Shown piece after piece: positions 40,026 to 51,518 of a stretch of DNA of 64,000 nucleotides (position 1 is the first letter of the stretch; the number at the start of each line of letters is the position of its first letter). The DNA lies in contig NC_068986.1 in assembly GCF_001194135.2 (NCBI RefSeq), positions 100,273,231-100,337,230 of the forward strand. The letters are read 5' to 3'. Source of the DNA: Octopus bimaculoides (Eukaryota). The notes under the pieces were generated by a model. That model was not told the DNA's origin. It ran no database searches and saw nothing but the letters and a program-made list of their open reading frames with translations. The position numbers and the translations under genes were made by a program.

Positions 40026-41727
40026 AAATATTATTCAAGTGTGTGTGTGTGTGTGAGTGTGTGTATGCATCTATGTATTTATTAAAAGCGAAAATGAAAT
40101 GCGTAGTTAACCTATGTATTACATTTCACTTATATACATATATATCCATATGTTATCAATATTATTGTATAAATTGAAATATATGATATTACTAGCTTAT
40201 TAAATGTTTTTCAATCGCAAATGATATTCTTCTCTATATCTTTCATGTATCTTAATTTTAAATACATATATATATATATATTTGTTCAGAAGAATTCATA
40301 TATATATATTTTATGGTTTCTTGTATACGCCAATCATTTTGTTTGCTAAACTATTTTCACAATCTTTTTCAATTGTTTGCAAAGGATAAAAATGAAAGGA
40401 AAGCTAATTATAAGTTGTGTATTTAGAAAATCACAAAAGAATATAAGACACTAGTGCATACTTTGTCAGTTACGTGACAGTAGACATAATTATTGTTCAT
40501 CCGAATAATAGGTGTAAGTGGAAAATACATTCGGCATATCTCTTTCTATAACTCAAGCCATGCTTAGTTTTGTAACTGTTTTTGTTTTTACTTATTCTTT
40601 ATATGCAAATGATTTTGTTGTTTTGTTTTAAGCAGCCACCTCCACGTTCTTCAAAACAGAAATCCGCAAACATTTGGAAACCCATCATGCAAATAGTGAT
40701 TACTTGGGAAAAATTATAAAAGAATATAAATAGACTACAAGCCGAAACTTCTATCACTTTATGTTTCTCTCCTTTATATTTATATATACTGTATCAATTC
40801 GCATGGTCACATATCTATGCATACGCATATATAATTATGGTGAAAATGATGGATAGATAGATACTTAGGAAGATAGATAGAAGTAGGTAGAGAGAAGGAT
40901 AGATGTATACCCACACAAACACACATACCATATGCATATACACATCCCGTATGTCATCTTATCCGTAATGATTTTCGTGTTGAAGCCTGTCAGTACTGAA
41001 CATGAAAAGAAACTTAATGCAACCCACACCTTTTCCACTTGGTATGCATAACATCTACGCCAACAAGAAAGAGAATTGATTACAACGTTCTAGTGGAATT
41101 TTGTAAGGGAGTTCGGTCAGGATATGTGTTTCAAATCTGGAAGTCAAACAAGCTATGATTATCAACCAGGCAAGGAATATAGATACGAATTACTTGTGTA
41201 TATCCCCTATTAAATGTGTTGAATATTATAACTATTTCGAAATCGCTGATAATATTTCTCAGACAAAGCTAGGACAATGAAAAAATACGCATTTTGCTTA
41301 ACGAACGAGAGTAAATTTCTCAATACATACTGCAAAATAAAATTATTTAATGGACCTGGAGTAGTTCCTGCATGGTATTTCATAAATTAACAACAACAGC
41401 TTTTATCTGTAAAAACGTTAAAATATCCAAGATAATTCCTAAACGTATATGTAGCCATTACCGTAATTTATGCATCTTGCTTCGAGGTATGCACGATATT
41501 CGAAAATGTGTCTTCAGCAAAATATGGAATTACTAATTACAAATTATTTGAACTCAAAGCAGCGTGTTGCCTTATATTTTAAATTTGTTGCAAAAATCAC
41601 CTACAGATGTAGTAGTCCATCTGAGAATATCGTAGAATTCAACATCCCAAACATTTAACATCACAAACTGTGACGACATAGATATAAATTATCTATTCAC
41701 TGTCCTATATTTAAGAGATGAAGAATT

Positions 41728-41830
41728 ATGTACATTATTTACATTATTTACAACGTTTCGGCTGATATACCCTCCAGCCTATATCGGGTGTCTTGGGGAA
41801 ATTTCGAACATGGGTTCTCATTCCTAAGGT
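41728..41830 (-). mobile_element. Terminal segment of the Penelope-like/hammerhead element (left arm of an inverted pair)
   Basis: Homologous to 43160-43305 (+) and 49690-49800 (-). Confidence 0.8.
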
Positions 41831-41896
41831 ATTTTTTTTTTCTTCTTCTTCTTCTTCTTCTTCTTCTTCTTCTTCTTCTTCTTCTTCTTCTTCATC

Positions 41897-41937
<41 letters not shown>

Positions 41938-41939
41938 GT

Positions 41940-42958
41940 TCAGTAGTTTTATTTTTATAAAGTGCTTTCACTTCACTACCGAGCGCAGCTCTGTGCGCCT
42001 TGGGTATGTGCTGTGGTTTGCTGTGGTGCTCTTATGTTTACTATATTGAAAGTGTTTGCGNNNNNNNNNNNNNNNNNNNNNNNNNNNNNNNNNNNNNNNN
42101 NNNNNNNNNNNNNNNNNNNNNNNNNNNNNNNNNNNNNNNNNNNNNNNNNNNNNNNNNNNNNNNNNNNNNNNNNNNNNNNNNNNNNNNNNNNNNNNNNNNN
42201 NNNNNNNNNNNNNNNNNNNNNNNNNNNNNNNNNNNNNNNNNNNNNNNNNNNNNNNNNNNNNNNNNNNNNNNNNNNNNNNNNNNNNNNNNNNNNNNNNNNN
42301 NNNNNNNNNNNNNNNNNNNNNNNNNNNNNNNNNNNNNNNNNNNNNNNNNNNNNNNNNNNNNNNNNNNNNNNNNNNNNNNNNNNNNNNNNNNNNNNNNNNN
42401 NNNNNNNNNNNNNNNNNNNNNNNNNNNNNNNNNNNNNNNNNNNNNNNNNNNNNNNNNNNNNNNNNNNNNNNNNNNNNNNNNNNNNNNNNNNNNNNNNNNN
42501 NNNNNNNNNNNNNNNNNNNNNNNNNNNNNNNNNNNNNNNNNNNNNNNNNNNNNNNNNNNNNNNNNNNNNNNNNNNNNNNNNNNNNNNNNNNNNNNNNNNN
42601 NNNNNNNNNNNNNNNNNNNNNNNNNNNNNNNNNNNNNNNNNNNNNNNNNNNNNNNNNNNNNNNNNNNNNNNNNNNNNNNNNNNNNNNNNNNNNNNNNNNN
42701 NNNNNNNNNNNNNNNNNNNNNNNNNNNNNNNNNNNNNNNNNNNNNNNNNNNNNNNNNNNNNNNNNNNNNNNNNNNNNNNNNNNNNNNNNNNNNNNNNNNN
42801 NNNNNNNNNNNNNNNNNNNNNNNNNNNNNNNNNNNNNNNNNNNNNNNNNNNNNNNNNNNNNNNNNNNNNNNNNNNNNNNNNNNNNNNNNNNNNNNNNNNN
42901 NNNNNNNNNNNNNNATCTTTCTGTCAGTTTGAATGGTGAAGTTCCAGAGGAGTGCGAT
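41940..42958 (-). mobile_element. 5'-truncated R4/Dong insertion flanked by (TAA)n, middle in a gap
   Basis: The 5' end reads HIALLWNFTIQTDRK (RLE). The 3' UTR matches 23180-23280. (ATT)n lies on both sides. Confidence 0.85.
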
Positions 42959-42961
42959 GTG

Positions 42962-43012
<51 letters not shown>

Positions 43013-43032
43013 GTTCAGGTCACTGAGCGCGG

Positions 43033-43075
43033 GATACTAACCTCAAAATTCCGAGTTCGATTCCAGGCAGTGACA

Positions 43076-43133
<58 letters not shown>

Positions 43134-43305
43134 CAATAACAATAACAACAACAGCAACAACAACAACGACATCGAAAAATACCTTAGGAATGAGAACTCA
43201 GGTTCGAAATTTCCGCAAGACATCTGATGAAGGTTAGAGGATACATCAACCGAAACGTGTTAACAACAAGATGAGGGAAAATATCTGTTAAATGTAAATA
43301 ATGTA
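43033..43305 (+). mobile_element. tRNA-head, (AAT)n and hammerhead-like tail element (right arm of the inverted pair)
   Basis: B box GAGTTCGATTCC, (AAT)n/(AAC)n tract, CTGATGA at 43224 and GAAAC at 43252. Confidence 0.8.
43224..43262 (+). ncRNA. Minimal type I hammerhead-ribozyme-like motif (probably degenerate)
   Basis: CTGATGA-A-GGTT..AACC-GAAACGT; 5' flank GACAT complementary to downstream GTGTT. Confidence 0.5.
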
Positions 43306-43510
43306 ACTATTTTCTTACAAAAGTAACCCTGAGTATACATGTACATATTTTGAATGAGGACTACATATATAGACACAAATACACACATATACATACAGGT
43401 AGCGACACACACATATACAAACACGCAAAGACACACACACACACAAAGAGACACACTGACAGAAAAACTAAGATATGCAAGCGTAGATGTGTGGTAAGAA
43501 GCTTGCTTCC

Positions 43511-46106
43511 GGTATTGGTGAATTAGTCTTCTTCGTGCAGCAGACCACGGTGGATGTGAGCCAGTTGCGCTCCATCCAATAAAGAAAAAAAGAACAACAA
43601 AAACAGAACGGTCGGCGAGGTAGGTGATTTTGTCTTTTTTCTAAGCTGGGAGAAATTTATTATAGTATATTTTTTGTTAATAAATCGCTCACAGCTATGG
43701 GACAATTTTGCCTGCTTTCGGTGGCCGCTGTTTTTTTNNNNNNNNNNNNNNNNNNNNNNNNNNNNNNNNNNNNNNNNNNNNNNNNNNNNNNNNNNNNNNN
43801 NNNNNNNNNNNNNNNNNNNNNNNNNNNNNNNNNNNNNNNNNNNNNNNNNNNNNNNNNNNNNNNNNNNNNNNNNNNNNNNNNNNNNNNNNNNNNNNNNNNN
43901 NNNNNNNNNNNNNNNNNNNNNNNNNNNNNNNNNNNNNNNNNNNNNNNNNNNNNNNNNNNNNNNNNNNNNNNNNNNNNNNNNNNNNNNNNNNTTGCGCTCT
44001 ATCCAAAAAGAAAAAAGAACAACAAAAACAGAGAACGGTCGGCGAGGTAGGTGATTTTGTCTTTTTTCTAAACTGGGAGAAATTTATTATAGTATATTTT
44101 TTGTGAAAAAATCGCTCACAGCTATGGGACAATTTTGCCTGCTTTCGGTGGCCGCTGTTTTTTTGTGTATTGAGGCTTGCGTAACAAGCTTGTGTTGTGA
44201 CTTCCTTTCTGGGGGTGTATCTCGACTCTAGAAGTGGTTGAACTATTTGTGAAATTATGCAAAAGCAATTTATTCACTTTTAATGAATAGTTTTTTGTGA
44301 AAATTGCTTTGTTGGGGGCGTATCCTGCCTCCAAGAAATTAGATATTATTACTAATTTTTTTGAAAAATTGTAGAAGGCGTTCCAATTGCATGATTCCGT
44401 GTTCATGTGGCTTGGAGTACTAGTGGCCGGTAAATTGTTCGTTCGAGCTATTGAACTGTGTTCTTTTTTCTTTTTTCTATTTTTGTGTGATTTTTTTTTT
44501 CCATCCGAACTATTTTTCTTTCTTCCGTCCTCCGTTCTGTTTTTTTCTGTGTGACTTTCTGCTAACAGTTGAACAGTACAATGAACAATAAGAAAAAAAA
44601 ATGCCATCTTGGAGTGGGAATTATGCCCACCCAAGAAATGGATAAGGGAAATGGAGGAAAGAACGGTGGTGTTGAGAACTTACTCCAAGTTACTCGACAC
44701 CATTACGGTCTTTCCTCAAACGGATATAGAAAAAGAATTGGTGGAGCATCTCCCCACCATTAAGTTTATAGCCAGGGTGCCAAGTATGCAACAATTTGGT
44801 TGCTATTTGACACCCCTGAAGTGGCTCACAAATTTGCGAGCCAGTCCATTGTAGGGCAGGATATCTTGTTTCTCCCCACTTACTGTGGGAAGAAACTGAC
44901 ACGAGCTTGGATCTGTGGGCTGCCACCCACCATAGAGCCTGAGTGGATAGAAGACACTATCCGCCAGGGGGTGGGTGGTAGCGGATCCAGGCTCATTAAT
45001 GTTAAAATTCTGCCTTCAGCTAATTGGGTTGGGTCAAAAGTTGTGTTGACCATATGGACCCAATCATCTAAAGGTCTGGTTTTCCCAGATTTTCTGAGGA
45101 TGGCTGGCCAAAGGTACCTGGTGATCCGTGAGGGACACCCCCCAAGTGTCACCAGTGCCTGGGGCCTGGCCATATTAGAAAGAACTGCCCCCAGAGCCGT
45201 GGTAATGTCCTGGAGCAGGATAAAGAAAACGTGTCCGCCGCCCCCTATTGGAGGGGGAGACTTCTCGCCGAGACAAGAAAGGAACCCAGGAGCAGACACA
45301 CATTAAAAAAAGAAGTTCTGCTCTGCAGGAAAAATAATGAGGAGGCAGTAGCCTCAACAGAAAGAGGAAAGAAGAGAAAGGCGGGCGTTAATAGTTGACC
45401 GCCGAAACCTCAAACAAATGTAGAGTTGGAAGAGGGATTGAGTTCTCCGGGTAAACCGGCGGACTCTCTTCTCTCACCGGAAAAACGAAAAAAAAAAGAA
45501 AAACGTGCCAACGGAGGTTGAACCACCGCCGCTGGGAATTGTGCCACCGACGGTGGAAAAGTCTATCTCTTTACCGGAGGAAGAAGAATCGTTGGTCTTC
45601 TTCTACAGAGGTGGGGAGATAGAAAAGGAGTTAGAAAAATATCCTGAGGGAGCAACCATGGCTTGCATGCGGGATCCCGAATGGCCTCCGCAGATAATTG
45701 TGGAGGCCTAAATATGGGATACAGTGCAGAAGCTATATGACTTCAGAGAAATATTTTACGTGGTGCCTGGGGACGCCGACACGCCACTCGACGTGTGCTT
45801 AGAGAGGGCGTGGGCGTTGATGGGAATCGGACACACAAGTGATGAGGAGGGTTATGCATGAAAGGCGAATATGTTTCAGCGATAGATATCATGAACAATA
45901 TGAACAGTTGTAAGAGGCTTGTTGCCTCATATATGAGAACAATGTTTTCGGGGATCAAGCAATCGGCGGGCGTTGATGTTTCCCCCCATTTATTCATTAT
46001 TATCACTTTCATTACACATACCATTATGACTTTGTCCAACCCGCAGCTTCTTTCTTTTTTCCCCTTTTCTTCTGTGTAAGGCCGTCATGGCCGATAAAAT
46101 GAAATA
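43511..46106 (+). mobile_element. ORF1-only L1/Tx1-like non-LTR retroelement with 15-bp TSD
   Basis: AAGAAGCTTGCTTCC at 43496-43510 and 46107-46121; AATAAA at the 3' junction; gag-like ORF; no endonuclease or RT motifs seen. Confidence 0.75.
44581..45975 (+). pseudogene. Frameshifted ORF1-like gene: RRM-like region, CCHC zinc knuckle, unknown C-terminal domain
   Basis: Joined frames read MNNKK..ERTVVLRTY..IWLLFDTPEVAHKF..TRAWICGLPPTIEPEWI..CHQCLGPGHIRKNC (knuckle 45147-45188). At least three frameshifts, mostly in short base runs; the 3' end is approximate. Confidence 0.7.
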
Positions 46107-46190
46107 AAGAAGCTTGCTTCCCGACCACATGCTTCCGGGTTCCGTTTCTTGGCGGGCTCGGAGCCGATCAAAGCGTTATCAGTAGATATG
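46107..46190 (+). mobile_element. Remainder of the family-B SINE head interrupted by the ORF1-only element (5' part at about 43478-43510)
   Basis: GTGTGGTAAGAAGCTTGCTTCC | CGACCACATGCTTCCGGGTTC reconstitutes the head seen at 55650-55700 (minus). Confidence 0.75.
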
Positions 46191-46312
46191 GTATATATAT
46201 GTGAAGAAAATATATATACGATAGGAAAATTAGAGAAAATTTTCAACTAGTGGCTAGTATAAAATAGTCAATAGACAACATATTATGCATATTAAATTAG
46301 TGTGCATTAATG

Positions 46313-46398
46313 TACAAAAGAAGTGACCCTAACAGGACACCTTACATACTACTGTCCCTTTATCATGTAAGGTGTCCTGTTAGGATCACCTCTTTGTG
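46313..46398. ncRNA. Pre-miRNA-like hairpin (candidate)
   Basis: 25-bp stem with one mismatch (46323-46347/46365-46389), 17-nt loop, imperfect basal extension. Confidence 0.35.
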
Positions 46399-46441
46399 GA
46401 TAAATGTAGAGTAATTATATATATATAAACATATATGTACG

Positions 46442-46476
<35 letters not shown>

Positions 46477-46491
46477 ATATATATATATATG

Positions 46492-46530
<39 letters not shown>

Positions 46531-47267
46531 NNNNNNNNNNNNNNNNNNNNNNNNNNNNNNNNNNNNNNNNNNNNNNNNNNNNNNNNNNNNNNNNNNNNNN
46601 NNNNNNNNNNNNNNNNNNNNNNNNNNNNNNNNNNNNNNNNNNNNNNNNNNNNNNNNNNNNNNNNNNNNNNNNNNNNNNNNNNNNNNNNNNNNNNNNNNNN
46701 NNNNNNNNNNNNNNNNNNNNNNNNNNNNNNNNNNNNNNNNNNNNNNNNNNNNNNNNNNNNNNNNNNNNNNNNNNNNNNNNNNNNNNNNNNNNNNNNNNNN
46801 NNNNNNNNNNNNNNNNNNNNNNNNNNNNNNNNNNNNNNNNNNNNNNNNNNNNNNNNNNNNNNNNNNNNNNNNNNNNNNNNNNNNNNNNNNNNNNNNNNNN
46901 NNNNNNNNNNNNNNNNNNNNNNNNNNNNNNNNNNNNNNNNNNNNNNNNNNNNNNNNNNNNNNNNNNNNNNNNNNNNNNNNNNNNNNNNNNNNNNNNNNNN
47001 NNNNNNNNNNNNNNNNNNNNNNNNNNNNNNNNNNNNNNNNNNNNNNNNNNNNNNNNNNNNNNNNNNNNNNNNNNNNNNNNNNNNNNNNNNNNNNNNNNNN
47101 NNNNNNNNNNNNNNNNNNNNNNNNNNNNNNNNNNNNNNNNNNNNNNNNNNNNNNNNNNNNNNNNNNNNNNNNNNNNNNNNNNNNNNNNNNNNNNNNNNNN
47201 NNNNNNNNNNNNNNNNNNNNNNNNNNNNNNNNNNNNNNNNNNNNNNNNNNNNNNNNNNNNNNNNNTT

Positions 47268-47787
47268 ATAATCATAAATATATAGGGATTAGCAGAAAAC
47301 CTGCTTCTCCGACATACTGTAATACCTCTAAGATGGTCAGCTAAACCGCTACAGGTCGTACGGGACTTTTTTCTATGCGGGACTATTTAAGATACACACT
47401 GAATTGAATTCATTAGGGTGAGAGATTTTAAACTCACTCGCCGATAAATTTCTTAATGTCTGCCTCACGTGGTCTTGATGTCGCATGGTCAAAATTTACG
47501 TGAGTTATTTACACATTGCCAAATTTATTAAAATATTTGGCTGAAGATCGAAATGAGGTAATTTCTTACCACTAATCGTGAAATGATTCGTACCAAATTA
47601 ATTAAAAGCAAGTTTGTTTTTTTACTCTTCTCTTCTGTCTTTAGTTCTGTGTGTACCATGGATATCGCTATCAATTAGAGAAAAATTTGTAGTTCTTAGA
47701 ATCAGTAGTTCTTTGGCTGCTGTTTCTGAATTCTAAGTATGTTGGAGAAGCAGGTTTTCTGCTAATCCCTATATATTTATGATTATA
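47268..47787. mobile_element. About 520-bp element with about 52-bp terminal inverted repeats in (TA)n
   Basis: TATAATCATAAATATATAGGGATTAGCAGAAAACCTGCTTCTCC(G/A)ACATACT present inverted at both ends. Confidence 0.7.
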
Positions 47788-47882
47788 TATATATACATAT
47801 ATATATACACATAAACAAGGACATATACGTATGCATATATATATACATACACATATACTCATCCATTTATTTAATATATTTA

Positions 47883-47923
<41 letters not shown>

Positions 47924-47933
47924 NNNNNNNNNN

Positions 47934-47968
<35 letters not shown>

Positions 47969-48079
47969 CTATGTATTTATAATCAACTCTCTATGTATAT
48001 ATGTGTAAGTATTCATGTGTATACATCAGTGTACACAAACACACAAATATATATACGGAGAGAGTGTATAGAGAGAGAG

Positions 48080-48146
<67 letters not shown>

Positions 48147-48213
48147 CATATTTGTTGTGAACTTCTGTGTCTATATATATATATCTGTATATATATGTGT
48201 GTATATATGTATA

Positions 48214-48266
<53 letters not shown>

Positions 48267-48676
48267 NNNNNNNNNNNNNNNNNNNNNNNNNNNNNNNNNN
48301 NNNNNNNNNNNNNNNNNNNNNNNNNNNNNNNNNNNNNNNNNNNNNNNNNNNNNNNNNNNNNNNNNNNNNNNNNNNNNNNNNNNNNNNNNNNNNNNNNNNN
48401 NNNNNNNNNNNNNNNNNNNNNNNNNNNNNNNNNNNNNNNNNNNNNNNNNNNNNNNNNNNNNNNNNNNNNNNNNNNNNNNNNNNNNNNNNNNNNNNNNNNN
48501 NNNNNNNNNNNNNNNNNNNNNNNNNNNNNNNNNNNNNNNNNNNNNNNNNNNNNNNNNNNNNNNNNNNNNNNNNNNNNNNNNNNNNNNNNNNNNNNNNNNN
48601 NNNNNNNNTATATGTGTATATATATATATATATATGTGTGTATATGTATATATATATATATGTGTATATATATATA

Positions 48677-48731
<55 letters not shown>

Positions 48732-49689
48732 GTGTGTGTGTGTGTGTGTGTATATATATGTATATGTTTATTTGTGTATGCGTGTGTGTGTGTGTGGTTG
48801 TGTGTTTGTTTAGCCACGGACGAAACAGTTATTATTTTCATGTTTTAATGATCATGTACGTGTTCAGTGAATAAATATATTTGAAATATCGAAGTGGAGT
48901 AATTATGTGCTAACACAGATCTACGTGCCAGAAGAAAGTAATTGCTTTTAGATACATTAATTATGGTGAAGAGTAGCAAAGGCGTTCGATATATTTAATT
49001 TAAAAAAAAATATATATATATACATATATATAAAAAAAAAACAGAATACACCTCTTGTCAGTATATTCTGCCCATGTTTTGATGAATCTGGATATAATTC
49101 TAATGAATCTTTGCTTTTCTGATAAAATTCCGTTGTATAGACGTATTTATTTTGGCGATACGTGGCATTATCCTTTCCAATTACAGCTTAAATTATATTC
49201 CAGGTTATTCAGAGTTATTTGCGTACTATCTTGATTTGGGAAATGAATGTTAAATATTCTCTATGGACTTCGACAATCTTCTAATAGACAAATATTTCCA
49301 TAACTTTTACGAAGAAGTATACATTCAATGCATTGAAAATTCCGGGCCTGATGTTGAACTAATTGGTTGTGTTGTTGTTATTGCTGTTATCTAAATGCTA
49401 GGGATAATTTGAATGAGCGCGGTTCAATTCTGATGCTGTTAGTAGAAATGTAAGTCAAAGCTTTTAATGCATATGAAGATGTGAAATGACTTCGTAACTT
49501 GATATTCTAGTTCTTGTCTATCTTTATGCTCTTCAATGGCAGATATTGGCATTATAAATAAGTGTGCAGATACCTTTACTATGCAGCTTTACTTGCATTA
49601 TACATGGTAATGTTTAGCAAAGCGTAGTCAACACAGAAAATGTCATAATATAATAACATAGTGTAATGTATTTAACTATATTCTATTTT

Positions 49690-50280
49690 CATTATTTACA
49701 TTATTTACATTTGTTGTTAACACGTTTCGGCTGATATAATCATCAGGTGTCTTGGGGGAAATTTAGAACCTAGGTCCTCATTCCTAAGATAATTTTCGAT
49801 GTTATTATTATTATTATTATTAACTGCCTGGAATCGAACTCGGAATCTCGGGGTTAGTAGCTCGCGCTCTTAACCACTACGCCAAATGCCCGTGAGAAAT
49901 TATGGAGTGAATTTTAGGGCTTATAAATCTAATATTTTCCTATCCTTCATTAATATTCATATCTGCACTCCGTCTGCTTAGGAGGTTGTTGTGTCATAGT
50001 ATATGTGCTTTTTCTTTTAGTTTTTGTATTTTCCAGTGTCGTTCTCTGTCTATTATTTTAACTTCATCCCACATGGAGGACGTGGTCTCCATTTTTCCAT
50101 ACATGATCAGCTATACCCAATTTATCAATATCTTCTAGCGGCACAACTTTCCGATGTTCGTCTACCCTTATCTTGAGGGCGCGACATGTTTCGCCTTTTT
50201 ATAACCTACCGCAGCTGTATGGGATGGGGTACACGCAGTTTTTAGTAATATTCTCTTCTATTCGTGGTTTTACTCGAAGG
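49690..50280 (-). mobile_element. Penelope-like element 3' end: GIY-YIG endonuclease relic, then tRNA-like head, (AAT)n and hammerhead-like tail
   Basis: KNCVYPIPYSCGRL*KGETCRALKIRVDEHRK..GIADHVWKNGDH / WDEVKIIDRERHWKIQKLKE; A box TGGCGTAGTGG and B box GAGTTCGATTCC at 49891-49825; CTGATGA at 49746-49740. Confidence 0.85.
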
Positions 50281-50449
50281 AGTGTTTCGTCTGTCTTTAC
50301 ATTGTAAGTTCAAATTCTGCCGAGGTCGACTTTGCCTTTCATCCTCTCGAGGTTGATAAATTAAGTGCCATTTACATACTGGGGTCGATGTAATCGACTG
50401 GCCCCCTCTCTCAAAATTTCAGGCCTTGTGCCTAAAGTACAAAAGAATT
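50281..50449 (+). mobile_element. Family-A SINE, 5'-truncated
   Basis: Central domain and tail match 18470-18628. Confidence 0.85.
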
Positions 50450-50523
50450 GTATTATGCTTACGTCAACATAAAAACCTCGTAATAAAACAATTTAGCGAT
50501 ATTAATTGCAGCCAGACCATTCG

Positions 50524-50524
<1 letters not shown>

Positions 50525-50593
<69 letters not shown>

Positions 50594-50600
50594 GATCTAT
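50525..50600. repeat. (TATC)n microsatellite
   Basis: Direct sequence. Confidence 0.95.
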
Positions 50601-50709
50601 AGATAGAGAAAAAAGAGAAAGAGAGAGAAGTACAGTGAGGGAGGCAGAGAGAGATTGAGAGAGAGAGAAAGAGGGAGAAAGGGAATATACACATATACAC
50701 GCATGTTCT

Positions 50710-51175
50710 TTAGTTTTTACTTGTCTTAATCATTAGGCTGCTGCCGTGCTGTAGCACCGTTTTAAGGTAATTTAGTCGACTGAATCGACCCTACTAATTC
50801 TTTTTGTATACCTTGTAGTTTTTTAATTGGACTACTATAGCGAACCGCTAAGTTATGACAATGCAAATATACGACACCTGTTGTCAAGCGGCTGTGAGGG
50901 GTAAACAAAGAACGTATACGCACACACGCTCACACACAACTATCTTACTTGTTTCAGTCATTACATTGTGGCCATGCTGGGGTACTGCCTGGCAGAAGTT
51001 TCGTCGATGGCATCGGCCCAGGTATTTATGATATTTTTAAGCTTGGCATTATTCCATCGGTTGCTTTTGACAAACTGGTAATTTAACTAACAACGCTTTG
51101 GTTGGCCAAGAATTATACTAGAGGAAACTGCATAAGGCGTCAGGAAGTGGGACTAAAGCCCAAACCATGTCGTTG
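50710..51175 (-). mobile_element. Two degenerate family-B SINE pieces in tandem
   Basis: Tail motif CTTGT(T/C)TCAGTCATT at about 50720 and 50947; head remnant GTGGGACTAAAGCCC..ACCATG near 51150. Confidence 0.65.
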
Positions 51176-51406
51176 TGCTTTCATCCATGAAAATCCACAG
51201 TCACATATAGAGAAAATTATTAAGTGAATACACTATAAATAAGTATGATAAAATACAAAGTAAAAATTATAAAATAATAATAATAAAACTACTACACGTG
51301 TTTCATAACCAAGTGTTCAAATAGAAAATAAAATATAATCAAATCGATTAAATCGATCGCATATGAATTCTATTCAAAAATATAGTTAATCTTCAGGTCA
51401 AAATAC

Positions 51407-51458
<52 letters not shown>

Positions 51459-51518
51459 TGAATGTATATATCAACCAACAATAAATAACAAATGAATGCA
51501 TATAAAAATACTTATATC

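Noticed and set aside
44122-44634. 170-aa minus ORF
   Set aside because: Antisense reading of the T-rich UTR/polypyrimidine tract of the ORF1-only element.
49820-49891. tRNA gene
   Set aside because: Has A/B boxes but no acceptor-stem 3' half or terminator; it is a tRNA-derived head within a repeat.
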